From: an uncultured delta proteobacterium
Lineage (GTDB): Bacteria; Myxococcota_A; Polyangia; Polyangiales; Polyangiaceae
Reading direction: 5' to 3'
DNA length: 64,000 bases
Assembly: GCA_963806225.1 (NCBI GenBank)
Contig: CAWDXG010000004.1
Span: 5,056,001 to 5,120,000, forward strand
Part shown: in pieces, positions 28,107 through 38,087 of the stretch
How the letters are laid out: each line of letters begins with the position of its first letter
Position numbering within the stretch: position 1 is the stretch's first letter
Program-made: the position numbers and the translations under genes
Notes under the pieces: model-generated
What the model was told of the DNA's origin: nothing
Databases searched by the model: none
The model's input: the letters and a program-made list of their open reading frames with translations, nothing else

Positions 28107-30956
28107 GTGCCCGTCACCGGAGCGCTCCAGAAACTGGCAGAAGCATGGCGCGAGCGCGTCGGTGGCGCGTCGCGTCGAGCGCTCCTCTTGCTGCTGCTCG
28201 CGGCGCTCCTGGGCGGCGCCCACCTGGCGCGGATCGGTACGGCGTGGACCCGCACCGGCGCGGCGGGGCTCCTCCTCTTGTCGCTATTGCTGCTGCTGGC
28301 GCGCTGGGTGCGGGAACGAAGGGACTGGTCGGACGTGCGGCGCACCATCCGCCGCGTGCTCGTCCCGACCGACCGTGGCCTGGCCCAGCGGACGCTCCGG
28401 GCGGTATCGCTGGTGCAGCGTACCGGCCAGGACCCGAGCGCGGGCTCGCCCGATCTCGCTCGCCTCCACTACGAGCGGCTGCTCGCGCGTGCATCGCTGA
28501 AGGCGGTAGAGCGGAGCGCCGAGCGTCGCGCACTCGGCTGGCGCTGGGCGGGACTCGGGCTGCTCGGCGCCGCGATCGCGTCGGTGGCCGTGGGGCCGTT
28601 CCAGGTCATCGAAGGGCTGGACGTGCTGGTGGCCCACGACGGGCGCGCGCCGCTGTCGCTGCCGTGGCTCGAATACGTCCGCGTGACCGCGGATCCGCCC
28701 GCCTATCTGCGCTCCAGTGCGCGGCTTCTCTTCCCGGACCTGGCTGCCGCGCAGCCGGAGGGCAGCGTCGTCGTCATCCGCGGCGTCCCGCTCAGGCAAG
28801 GGCGCCATCTGGTCCTCACCGACGGCCAGCGCGAAGTGCCGTTTGCCGACGACGGCTCCGGTGGCGTGGTCGCCCGCTGGAAGCTCCAAAAGAGCGCGCA
28901 GCTCGAGGTGGCCGCGCGTTTCGGCAACGTCCTGATCACGGAGCCCGACTCGCTCGACGTGCGCGCCACCCGCGACAGGACCCCGGTGGTCCACGTGGAA
29001 GGTGCGCCGAAGACGCTCCACCTGGCCGATGTGAAGCGGCTGCCGATCCGCTACACCGCTTCCGACGACCACGGTCTTCGCCAGATCGACCTCGTGCTCA
29101 GAGCGGGCGACCGCGAAGACCGTCGCGTGCTCGGTCGCTTCGACGGGGACAGCACGTTCGAGAGCGGCGGCTATGCGCTGACGCCGCGGGATCCGTTCCT
29201 CCGGCGGATGTTCCTGCCGGTGGTCGTGACGGTAGAGGCTCGCGACAACGATCCGCTGCATGGTCCGAAGTGGGGAAAGAGCGCTGCCATCACGCTGGTT
29301 CCGCCCGCGGTCGGCGAGCCTGAAGCGAAGCGCTACGCGGCCCTGCGTGGCGCGCGGGACTCGATCGTCGACCTTCTGGCCTGGCAGCTCGAGCCGCCCG
29401 ACAAGCCGACCGCGGCCGAACGGAGAGAGCGTGTTCGCCAGGAGCACGAGCGAGCCCAGCGCGCCGCCGACACCATGCGCGACGCCGTCGACGGGACCTA
29501 CGGCGGCTTGACGGTCTTTACGGGTCTGCGTTCGTTCCTGCTCGGGCAGATGCGCATACTCGTGCGACCGCGGCGCCCCGGGGAGTCGATGACGCAGAGG
29601 ACGGAGGACGTGTTGCTCGCGGTGGATGTGGCGCTCGGGGCCGTGTCGGCCCGCGACGCCAGGACCGTGTCGAAGCGCCTCGGGGACGTGGCCGAGGAGG
29701 CCGCGGGAGGTGCCCGGCAGGCGCTCGATTCGGAGAAGCGCGATCAAGGCGTGAGGCGGCTGGACGCGGCCATCCTGGCGCTCGGGTCCGGCAGCAGGCA
29801 GCTGGTCACACTGGGCGCGCTTGGACGGGATATCGGAAGCGTGGCTCTCGCCGACCTCGGACGCATCGAGCGGGCGCGCAAGCACGACGACATGACCCAC
29901 GCGGAGCTGGCGGCGCTGCATCTCGCTCAGCGGCTGCGCCGTCCCGCGCCCTCTTTCGCGACGGCAGGCGGCGGTGGTGTGGAGTCCGGCGAGGGCGGTC
30001 AGGGCAGGATGTCTGGTAAGGCTTCGCAGGCCGACGATCGATTCAACGAGCTCGAGAACGAGCTAGAACAGCTTGCCCAGGAGCACGCCGGAGGGATTGC
30101 AGGAGTCCAGCAGTCGCTGTCCGATGCCGAGCACTCCGTCGATCTCGAGTCCATTCGCAAGGAGGCCGAGCAGCACGCCGAGGCCATCCGCCGCGCGGTG
30201 CAGGATCTGCCGCTGCCCGGCGCCGAGCCCGGCTCGGCTCGCGCAGCCGCTGCTCTCGGCCGGGAGCAGGCGGGCGCCATGGCCCAGTCGCTGGAGCGGT
30301 TGTCGCTTCAGGATGCGGTGAAGAGCGGACGCGACGCGATCGCGGCGCTCGACGATGCCGCGCGCAAGGCCAAGGACGGCCGGCTGCCCACCGACTGGCT
30401 CGACGGCGACGTGGCCGGCGCGAGAAAGCGGCTATCCAAGCAGCTGGCCTGGGCGGAAAAGCAGCTCGACAAGCTGAAGCGCAAGGCAGAAGCGCGCGCA
30501 GAGTCCAAGCTCGATGGCGCGGGCGACAAGGAGAACAGTTTTGCACGGCGCGCCGGCAACCTGGCCGGGCGTGGCAAGAACGGCGAGACGGCTTTCCCCC
30601 AGGACTCCATCGAGAGCCTGGAGCGAGCCGAGAGCATCATGCGCGAGGCGGCACGCGCGCTGTCGCAGGGCAAGGGCGACAAGGGACTTGCGCTGCAGCG
30701 ACAAGCGCAGCGATTGCTGGAGCGGGCGAGGACCGGCCAGACGACGGATCCGGAAGACAGCTCGTCGAAGGACGACCAGCGCTCGCACGACGGCACGGAG
30801 GGTCGGGGGATGCGCACCGGCGGCGAGGTGCCGCCGGAAGGCAAGGCGCGGGAGGCCGAGGATTTCCGCAAGCGGGTGCTCGAGGGGCTCGGTAGGGACA
30901 AGGGCGGACGTCTGTCGCCCGCTGTCCGGCGCTACGCGGAGGGGCTTTTGCAATGA
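28107..30956 (+). CDS. DUF4175-like membrane protein with long coiled-coil C-terminus
   Basis: N-terminal TM helices, ASDDHGL, VEARDND, helical C-terminus ending AVRRYAEGLLQ. Confidence 0.75.
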   Translation: MPVTGALQKLAEAWRERVGGASRRALLLLLLAALLGGAHLARIGTAWTRTGAAGLLLLSLLLLLARWVRERRDWSDVRRTIRRVLVPTDRGLAQRTLRAVSLVQRTGQDPSAGSPDLARLHYERLLARASLKAVERSAERRALGWRWAGLGLLGAAIASVAVGPFQVIEGLDVLVAHDGRAPLSLPWLEYVRVTADPPAYLRSSARLLFPDLAAAQPEGSVVVIRGVPLRQGRHLVLTDGQREVPFADDGSGGVVARWKLQKSAQLEVAARFGNVLITEPDSLDVRATRDRTPVVHVEGAPKTLHLADVKRLPIRYTASDDHGLRQIDLVLRAGDREDRRVLGRFDGDSTFESGGYALTPRDPFLRRMFLPVVVTVEARDNDPLHGPKWGKSAAITLVPPAVGEPEAKRYAALRGARDSIVDLLAWQLEPPDKPTAAERRERVRQEHERAQRAADTMRDAVDGTYGGLTVFTGLRSFLLGQMRILVRPRRPGESMTQRTEDVLLAVDVALGAVSARDARTVSKRLGDVAEEAAGGARQALDSEKRDQGVRRLDAAILALGSGSRQLVTLGALGRDIGSVALADLGRIERARKHDDMTHAELAALHLAQRLRRPAPSFATAGGGGVESGEGGQGRMSGKASQADDRFNELENELEQLAQEHAGGIAGVQQSLSDAEHSVDLESIRKEAEQHAEAIRRAVQDLPLPGAEPGSARAAAALGREQAGAMAQSLERLSLQDAVKSGRDAIAALDDAARKAKDGRLPTDWLDGDVAGARKRLSKQLAWAEKQLDKLKRKAEARAESKLDGAGDKENSFARRAGNLAGRGKNGETAFPQDSIESLERAESIMREAARALSQGKGDKGLALQRQAQRLLERARTGQTTDPEDSSSKDDQRSHDGTEGRGMRTGGEVPPEGKAREAEDFRKRVLEGLGRDKGGRLSPAVRRYAEGLLQ

Positions 30957-32530
30957 AGCGCGCGCTCATGCTGCTGTCCGGCGTGCTCCTGGCTGTCCTG
31001 TGCACGGCGGCCGTTCCCGTTCCGTCCGTGCACAGCGCGCCGCAGGCGCCTGACCGCGTCCAGCGCATTGCCGACGCCATCACCGAGCTGGACGTCGATC
31101 GCGCCCGCAAGCTGCTTCACGACGCCGACGCGGATTCCCCGGCGCTCGCCTACCAGCGCGCGCGGCTTGCGGTCTATCTCGGCGACTGCGATTCCGCTGC
31201 CGCGATCCTCTCGGCGCCCGGTTTCCAGAAGGTGTCCGAGGCCCAGTCGCTGGCCCGGCTGGCGCGTGGCTGCGCCGGCGTGGTGGCCGGGTCGGTGCTG
31301 ATCCGCGACAAGAAGAAGGGCATCTGGCTCCGGTTGCAGGACTCGGCCGACAAGGTGCTCGCGCCCTGGATCATCGACATCGCCGCGCAGGCGCGCACGC
31401 GCATCGAGCACGATCTCGGAGTCGAGATGCCGCGTCCGCTGCGCATCATCCTGGTTCGCGATCTGTTCTCGCTCTCGGCAGTGAGCGGACTGCCGGTGAA
31501 GGCGGCGGAAACCACCGGGACCGTGGCCGTGGCGCGCTGGGGGCGCGTGAACATCATCTCGCCGCGGGCGACGCCGATGGGCTACCCGTGGGAGGACACC
31601 ATAGCTCACGAGATCACGCATCTCGCGCTGTCGCGGGCGACGCGCGACCGCGCGCCTCTGTGGCTGCAGGAGGGGATCGCCAAGCGCGAGGAAACCCGCT
31701 GGCGTCCAGCTCGTCCATTCGACAGGACCCCGGACCCCGATCGAGAAGCGCGCGACGCCTTGCTCTCGGGGCACTCGGTCGGCATCACGAAGCTCGGCCC
31801 ATCGATCGCGATGCTGCCGACGCCCGAAGCGGCGTCCATCGCATTCGCCGAGGTCACCAGCTTCATGGCCTACTGGGTCGACCAGAACGGCGTGCCCGGG
31901 CTGCATCTGCTGCTCATCGATCTGAAAGGGATGGGCGACGGCGATGCGGGGGCCGCCATGCAGAGCGTGACCGGCGAGCCCCTGGCGGTGTGGATCCGGC
32001 GCTGGCAGGGCTACCTGCGCAAACTGCCTGATACGCCGACCCGGGGGCCGGACGCCCATCGGCCTCCGCAGAAGCCGGCGAACGGGAAGCGCAACGACCT
32101 GCTGCGCCGGGTCCGGCTCGGTGATCTGTTGTTTGCCCGCGGCCACAGCAAGGCGGCCGCGGCAGAGCTCGAGCCGGCGGTCTCCCTGGCTCCCGGGGCG
32201 GCCGCGGTCCGTTGGCGGGCCGCGAGGGCGCTGATCGGCGCCGGCGACCCCGATGCGGCCGGCGAGGCGCTCGGAAAGGTCGGCGACATTCATTCCCTGA
32301 ACGGCCCCTGGTTCGGCATCGACGGGCGGATGCAGCGCTCGGCCGGGCATCCCGACAAGGCGGAGCGCGCCTTCGAGCTCGGTATTTCCGCGGATCCGTT
32401 GTCCGAAGAGGCCGCCTGCGAGGGAGTCTGGGCGCCGCGAGGGCCGCACCCACAGGCCAAGGGGCCCTTGCCCGCCAGCGCGCGCCGGCGGGCGCTCTGC
32501 GAGTCGGCCCGCAGGATTCCACGCGATTGA
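30953..32530 (+). CDS. Exported peptidase MA-like metallohydrolase with TPR-like repeats
   Basis: TIAHEITH...PLWLQEGIA; ATGA overlap with the upstream gene. Confidence 0.8.
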   Translation: MKRALMLLSGVLLAVLCTAAVPVPSVHSAPQAPDRVQRIADAITELDVDRARKLLHDADADSPALAYQRARLAVYLGDCDSAAAILSAPGFQKVSEAQSLARLARGCAGVVAGSVLIRDKKKGIWLRLQDSADKVLAPWIIDIAAQARTRIEHDLGVEMPRPLRIILVRDLFSLSAVSGLPVKAAETTGTVAVARWGRVNIISPRATPMGYPWEDTIAHEITHLALSRATRDRAPLWLQEGIAKREETRWRPARPFDRTPDPDREARDALLSGHSVGITKLGPSIAMLPTPEAASIAFAEVTSFMAYWVDQNGVPGLHLLLIDLKGMGDGDAGAAMQSVTGEPLAVWIRRWQGYLRKLPDTPTRGPDAHRPPQKPANGKRNDLLRRVRLGDLLFARGHSKAAAAELEPAVSLAPGAAAVRWRAARALIGAGDPDAAGEALGKVGDIHSLNGPWFGIDGRMQRSAGHPDKAERAFELGISADPLSEEAACEGVWAPRGPHPQAKGPLPASARRRALCESARRIPRD

Positions 32531-32591
32531 CCCCGCCCGGACCAGCGCCTACCATGGGCGGCCCAACCTCGCGACAATCTTGAGACTTCCG

Positions 32592-33416
32592 GTGAGTCTT
32601 GCCACCTTCACCGCGGCCCAGTTGCTGCGCATGCTCCCACGTGTCCGCATCAGCCATGCCGTCGGCAGGTTATGTGAACAGGAGCTGCCTCCAACCGTGT
32701 CCCGAGCCATCGCGCGCGCATATGCTCGCGCCTACGGCGTCGACATGCAGGAGGCCGCTGCAGGCGAAGCCCCGTATCCGAGCTTCGATGCGTTCTTCAC
32801 CCGATCCCTGCGCGCGGGGGCGCGTCTCGTCGAGGACGACGCCGTTGTCAGTCCAGCGGATGGCTCCCTGGAGGCCAGTGGGCCGGTGGACAGCGGTGGG
32901 CGCATATTCGTCAAGGGGCGGCCTTACGACGTGGGCGAGCTCGTGGGAGACGCGCGGGAGGCGGCTCGCTATTCGGGCGGCGCGTTCGCCGTCGTGTATC
33001 TGTCTCCGCGGGACTACCACCGCGTGCACTCGCCGGTGGCGGGGCGGATCACACGAGTCCACGGCATTCCCGGGGATCTATTTCCCGTCAACTCGGTCGG
33101 GGAGCGGCACGTTCCACGGCTCTTTGTTCGCAACAACCGCGTGGCGATCGTTATCGACACCCCGGACATGGGGCGCGCAGTCGTGGTGATGGTGGGAGCG
33201 GTGATCGTCGGACGTATCAGCGTCGGTGTGATCGACGCCCCGGCCGTCCCTCCCGGTGATCACTCCATCGAGCCGCCCCACGACGTGCAGCGCGGCGACG
33301 AGATCGGCGTGTTCCATCTCGGTTCGACGGCCGTCGTCCTGCTGGAGCCCGGCACAACGATCTCGCGCGGAGTCGGGCCGATAAGGTACGGTGAATCGCT
33401 TGTGAAGGCGTCATGA
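32592..33416 (+). CDS. psd: Phosphatidylserine decarboxylase
   Basis: FFTR, VSPADG, YLSPRDYHRVHSP, FHLGST self-cleavage site. Confidence 0.93.
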   Translation: MSLATFTAAQLLRMLPRVRISHAVGRLCEQELPPTVSRAIARAYARAYGVDMQEAAAGEAPYPSFDAFFTRSLRAGARLVEDDAVVSPADGSLEASGPVDSGGRIFVKGRPYDVGELVGDAREAARYSGGAFAVVYLSPRDYHRVHSPVAGRITRVHGIPGDLFPVNSVGERHVPRLFVRNNRVAIVIDTPDMGRAVVVMVGAVIVGRISVGVIDAPAVPPGDHSIEPPHDVQRGDEIGVFHLGSTAVVLLEPGTTISRGVGPIRYGESLVKAS

Positions 33417-35479
33417 CGAGCGACGAACACGACGGCGATGCCCCCGAGCTCGAGGTGCTCGACGACGAAGCGCCGCCGGAGATCCCGGACATCTCCTCCG
33501 AGCGACCCCCTTTGCCGGGTGCCGACGCCGCGGCCGCGGGGCTGGAATCGCTCGAAGAGGAGGACGTGGCGGATTCCTCGCCGATCTCGCATCGGGTCGT
33601 TCCACCACCGAAGCCCAGGCGCCGCCGTTTCCCCACCTCGCCGCAGACGCCAATCGCCCGTTCGACGCCGCCGCCGGCGACACGCTCTCCCGACGCATCG
33701 GCTACATCGGGTTCTTCCGCGGCGCTGAAGGCCCCGCGCACCCCGTCGTTCACCCCGACACTGGTCAATCCGGCGATCTCGCGCCCGCCGCCACCGCCGG
33801 AGGCCGGCGACACGTCGAGGTCGGAACCGCCCGTCGCGCGCCCGATTCCCAGGTCCCCCGAGCCACCGCGCCGGCTCTCCGAGCCGCCGCGCCCGGTGTC
33901 GGAGCCACCGCGCCCGGTGTCGGAGCCACCGCGCCCGTCGCCGGAGTTCCCACGCGCGCTCCCGGAACCTCCTCCTCCGATTTCGGAGCCGCCCGAAGCC
34001 AGGCGTCCGGTGTCGGAGCCGCCGCGTCCAGTGTCAGAGGCGCCGCGTCCGGTGTCGGAGGCGCCGCGTCCAGTGTCAGAGGCGCCGCGTCCCGTGTCGG
34101 AGGCGCCGCGTCCCGTGTCGGGGCCGCCGCGTCCGGTGTCGGAGCCGCCGCGTCCGGTGTCGGAGCCGCCGCGTCCGGTGTCGGAGCCGCCGCGTCCGGT
34201 GTCGGAGCCGCCGCGTCCGGTGTCGGAGCCGCCGCGCGCCGCGACACCGGCAGTCGACAGCCCAGGCGGGGCACCGGAGCCGACCTCCGGGCGGCTCGCC
34301 CGGGCCCGCATGGTCACCATTCCAGACGACGCGGTACCCGCGCAGGGCGTCACCGCCGAGGTCGCGGCTCCGTCGGTGATGGCCATGCGCATCATCACCG
34401 TCGGGGACAGCGATGAAGAGGCGCCGCCCGAGATACGGGAAGAGCCGGACAGCCAGCCCGCCGCTGGAGCGGGCGAGCCCGAAGGCGCCGAAGAGCTTCT
34501 TGAAGAGGTCGAGGCAGCCCCCGATTCAGGCGATGCGGGGACACTCGAGCACGCCGTTTCGCTGAATCCCGAGGAAGTGACCGAGGAGGCTCCCGCCAAG
34601 CCGCCGCCACCGCCGCGCCGTGGAGCGCCGCCGCCGCCGCCGTCGCAGTCGGCGCGCAAGGCCGCGCGTTCGCGGAAGGACCAGCCCGAGTCGCCGCCTC
34701 CCTCCGCCGCCGAGATCTCTGCGCGCAAACCCCAGCGTCGTCCGTGGTGGGAAGATCTGTTCGGCGAGGACTTCGTTCGCGCAAACGCCCGCGACACCGA
34801 CGAACAGATCAGCCGCGAAGTGAACTTCATCGAAGAGTCGCTCGGCGTAGCACCGGGTGGCGTCGTGCTCGACCTCGGATGCGGCGCCGGCTACCACGCC
34901 GTCGAGCTGGCAAGCCGCGGCTACGGAGTAGTCGGCTACGATCTCTCTCTCTTCCAGCTGGCCCTGGCTGCGGATGTCGCGCACGACCGCGGACAGAAGC
35001 TCAACTTCCTGCAGGGCGACATGCGCGAGATGGCCTTCGAAGAGATGTTCGACGGCGTCTACTGTTGGGGCACCACGTTCGGTTACTTCGAGGAAGAGAA
35101 GAACCTGGCGGTTGCCCAGCGCGTGTTCCGGGCGCTCCGCCCCGGCGGCATGTTCCTGCTCGAGGTTGCGAACCGCGACTTTGTCGCGATGGATCAGCCG
35201 AGCCAGGTCTGGTACGAGGGCGACTCCTGCGTGTGCATGGACGACATGAGCGTCGACTTCATCACCAGTCGACTCCGCGTCAAGCGCACGATGATCCTCG
35301 ATGACGGCCGCACCCGCGAGTGCAACTACTCCGTGCGGCTCTACGCGCTGCACGAGCTCGGCAAGCTGCTGCACGACGTCGGCTTCCGCGTGACCGAGGC
35401 CAGCGGACATCTGGCCACGCCCGGCGTGTTCTTCGGAACGAACTCGCCGCGGATCATCGTGCTCGCGCAGAAGCCCTGA
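33413..35479 (+). CDS. Class I SAM-dependent methyltransferase with about 440-aa disordered Pro-rich N-terminus
   Basis: VLDLGCGAGYH, GDMR, TTFGYF, LRPGG in the C-terminal ~245 aa. Confidence 0.85.
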   Translation: MTSDEHDGDAPELEVLDDEAPPEIPDISSERPPLPGADAAAAGLESLEEEDVADSSPISHRVVPPPKPRRRRFPTSPQTPIARSTPPPATRSPDASATSGSSAALKAPRTPSFTPTLVNPAISRPPPPPEAGDTSRSEPPVARPIPRSPEPPRRLSEPPRPVSEPPRPVSEPPRPSPEFPRALPEPPPPISEPPEARRPVSEPPRPVSEAPRPVSEAPRPVSEAPRPVSEAPRPVSGPPRPVSEPPRPVSEPPRPVSEPPRPVSEPPRPVSEPPRAATPAVDSPGGAPEPTSGRLARARMVTIPDDAVPAQGVTAEVAAPSVMAMRIITVGDSDEEAPPEIREEPDSQPAAGAGEPEGAEELLEEVEAAPDSGDAGTLEHAVSLNPEEVTEEAPAKPPPPPRRGAPPPPPSQSARKAARSRKDQPESPPPSAAEISARKPQRRPWWEDLFGEDFVRANARDTDEQISREVNFIEESLGVAPGGVVLDLGCGAGYHAVELASRGYGVVGYDLSLFQLALAADVAHDRGQKLNFLQGDMREMAFEEMFDGVYCWGTTFGYFEEEKNLAVAQRVFRALRPGGMFLLEVANRDFVAMDQPSQVWYEGDSCVCMDDMSVDFITSRLRVKRTMILDDGRTRECNYSVRLYALHELGKLLHDVGFRVTEASGHLATPGVFFGTNSPRIIVLAQKP
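33860..34237 (+). repeat. 21-bp coding tandem repeat (RPVSE[P/A]P)
   Basis: 11 consecutive units at about 34004-34237 plus degenerate units upstream. Confidence 0.92.
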
Positions 35480-35497
35480 GCAGCGGCCGGCTATCGG

Positions 35498-35899
35498 CTA
35501 TTCGCAGTCGACGTAGATGCCGCCGCCTTCGCGCTGGCAACTGCAGCCGGAGCCCAGCGCCTTCTGCACGCAGCTGCAGGTCGCCTGCTTTGCGCAAGCC
35601 GGCAGCCAGCTGCACGCGGGACCACCGGGAGCCTTGCGGTCGCAATAGAACCCCGTGGGGCAGATGCCGTCACCACACGAGAAGCAGGTGCCGTCATCGC
35701 AGCTCGGCGCCTGGGGCGCCTCGGGAGCGCCGTCCTGAGCTGCGACGTCGGTGTGGCTCGACGAATCGTCGGCGTGCCCGGCCAGCGTGTGTGAAGCCGG
35801 CGTGGCGCCACCGCACGAGACGGCGAGCGAGCCCAGGGCGATCGCCGCGAACAGAGGGAAAGGCCGGGAAGCCGCGCGGAAAGCTCGATGGAACGGCAC
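35498..35899 (-). CDS. Small Cys-rich lipoprotein
   Basis: Lipobox LAVSC; Cys-rich C-terminal domain. Confidence 0.65.
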   Translation of the reverse strand: MPFHRAFRAASRPFPLFAAIALGSLAVSCGGATPASHTLAGHADDSSSHTDVAAQDGAPEAPQAPSCDDGTCFSCGDGICPTGFYCDRKAPGGPACSWLPACAKQATCSCVQKALGSGCSCQREGGGIYVDCE

Positions 35900-35946
35900 A
35901 GCAGCACCACGTATACGTCCCGCGCCGTGTTCGGTACAAGGGGAGC

Positions 35947-37995
35947 GTGGACCTTGCGACGAGTCTCGCCAGGGCGCTGCCCCGGCTTCGCGTCAGCGCC
36001 GACCCGCCGGACCGGGTGGCCTACGCCCGGGACCTGTGGCCCCGGCGGCTGCTCGACGTGCGCGCCGGCCGCCCCGCCGAACACCGCCCGGCGCTCGTGG
36101 TCTGGCCGACGAGCGTGGAGGAAGTCAGCGCGCTGGTGCGCTTCGCACAGGCCGAGGGTGTACCGCTGGTGCCCTTCGGCGCCGGCAGCGGCGTGTGTGG
36201 CGGGGTCGAGCCGGAGCCGCGCTCCATCGTCGTCGACCTGAAGCGCATGCGCGACTATCGCATCGACGCCGACGCCCCGTTGATCGACGTGGGGCCCGGC
36301 GCGATGGGCATCACGCTGGAAGAGGAGATCCAGCGCCGGGGCTACACCATCGGACATTTCCCCTCGAGCATCCTCTGCTCGACGGTCGGCGGCTGGGTGG
36401 CGGCGCGCGGCGCGGGCCAGTGCTCCGGGCTCTACGGCAAGATCGAGGACATGGTCGTCTCGCTCGAGTGCGTGCTCGGCGACGGCGAGGTGGTCGAGCT
36501 CCGGCGGCGGCGATCGGGTCCGGACCTGGTGCCCCTGATGATCGGCAGCGAGGGCACGCTTGGCGTGATCACGCGCGCGAAGCTCAGGCTGCACCCGGTG
36601 CCCCGGGCGCGTGCGTACTCGGCCTACTCGTTCAAGGACATCGCCGCGGGTTGGGACGCCATGCGGCAGTTGTTCCAGAGCGGGCTCCGACCCGCGGTGT
36701 CCAGGCTGTACGATCCGATCGACTCGGTTCTGATGCGCCAGGGCTCGGTCAAGCCGGAACGCGGCGGCAGCCCACGGCGGCGCAGTGGCAGCGGTCGCTC
36801 GCGTGCGCTCGCGGGCGTGTTGCGCTCGGCGCTGCGCGTTCCGGCCGCGCTCAACACGGCGATCGAGGCTCTGGAAGGCAACCTGCTCGGCGGCTCCACG
36901 CTCGTCCTGGTGTTCGAGGGCGTGGACGCCGAAGTCCACGCGGACAGTGAACGGGCCGAGGAGATCTGCCGGCGCCTCGGCGCCGTAACGCTCGGCGAAG
37001 GACCGGCCCGCACCTGGTTTTCGCACCGCTACAGCGTGAGCTACCGGCAGTCGCCCGTGTTCCGGATGGGGGCGTTCAGCGACACGATGGAGGTCGCGGC
37101 GCCGTGGTCGCGCCTCGATCAGCTCTACGACGATGTGCGGCGCGCGCTCGGCCAGCACGTGCTCGTGATGGCCCATCTGAGCCACGCCTATCCGGACGGC
37201 TGCAGCATCTACTTCACGTTCTCGGGTGTCGGTCAGGACGACGCCGACGCCGCCCGCATCTACGAGAGCGCCTGGCGCGACGCGCTGGGCGCCGCGATCG
37301 CTGCCGGCGGCACGCTCAGCCATCACCACGGAGTCGGGCGCAGCAAGGCGCCGCGCCTCGGCGAGGAGCTGGGTCTGGGAGTCGACGTGATCCGCCGCCT
37401 CATGCATGCCTGCGATCCGTCGGGCATCATGAACCCCGGGAACCTGACGCCGCGCGAACCGTTCGACAGCAGCACCTCCCCGGGCGCGCGACGCGGAACT
37501 TCACCCTGGGTTGCGGGCGAGGAAGAGGGCGCGCCCGCCGATATCGACGAGACGTCGCTGCTGGCGTCGTTCGCGGGAGGCACCCAGCTGTCCGTTGCCG
37601 AGTCGCTCCTGGCTGCGCGCGGGATGACTCTGGGGCTCGAGTGCGAAGCCGGAAGAGACGACGTGGCGAGCTGGGTCGCGCAGGGAATGCCCGGCGGCCG
37701 CGATCCCTGGAGCGATCCGGTCGATCACCTGGTTGCCGGGCTCACCGCCCAGCTCCGCTCGGGCGAGGAGCTGGTGATCCAGCCCGCGCCGCGCCGGGCC
37801 GTCGGTCCGGACCTGGTACAGCTCTTCGCCGGCGCCGGCGAACGCATCGGTCGTGTCGAACGCGCCACCCTGCGTGTGCGACGCAGCGGCGCCCCGACGG
37901 CGCGTAGGCTGCCGTTCAACATCGATCGCGACCCGCCGCTGTCCGGGGCCGAACGCGCCCTCTGGGAGCGCCTGGCCGGCGCCGTCGTCGGGTAG
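35947..37995 (+). CDS. FAD-linked oxidase, alkyl-dihydroxyacetonephosphate synthase-like, with an extra degenerate FAD-binding domain
   Basis: PFGAGSGVCGG, GHFPSSILCSTVGGW, YGKIED, GSEGTLGVIT, HLSHAYPDGCSIYF, SHHHGVG, DPSGIMNPG. Confidence 0.8.
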   Translation: MDLATSLARALPRLRVSADPPDRVAYARDLWPRRLLDVRAGRPAEHRPALVVWPTSVEEVSALVRFAQAEGVPLVPFGAGSGVCGGVEPEPRSIVVDLKRMRDYRIDADAPLIDVGPGAMGITLEEEIQRRGYTIGHFPSSILCSTVGGWVAARGAGQCSGLYGKIEDMVVSLECVLGDGEVVELRRRRSGPDLVPLMIGSEGTLGVITRAKLRLHPVPRARAYSAYSFKDIAAGWDAMRQLFQSGLRPAVSRLYDPIDSVLMRQGSVKPERGGSPRRRSGSGRSRALAGVLRSALRVPAALNTAIEALEGNLLGGSTLVLVFEGVDAEVHADSERAEEICRRLGAVTLGEGPARTWFSHRYSVSYRQSPVFRMGAFSDTMEVAAPWSRLDQLYDDVRRALGQHVLVMAHLSHAYPDGCSIYFTFSGVGQDDADAARIYESAWRDALGAAIAAGGTLSHHHGVGRSKAPRLGEELGLGVDVIRRLMHACDPSGIMNPGNLTPREPFDSSTSPGARRGTSPWVAGEEEGAPADIDETSLLASFAGGTQLSVAESLLAARGMTLGLECEAGRDDVASWVAQGMPGGRDPWSDPVDHLVAGLTAQLRSGEELVIQPAPRRAVGPDLVQLFAGAGERIGRVERATLRVRRSGAPTARRLPFNIDRDPPLSGAERALWERLAGAVVG

Positions 37996-38087
37996 ACAGC
38001 GTCGGAGCCACGTCACCCTGTGGCCCCGCCCTCCCGGCTTCCTGTGGAAATCCCCACTCGCCGCCGGACGCGACGGTTGATTGCGCG

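Noticed and set aside
33860..34237. 21-bp repeats as CRISPR, iteron or DGR repeats
   Set aside because: Head-to-tail coding repeats with mostly synonymous variation; no spacers, rep gene or reverse transcriptase
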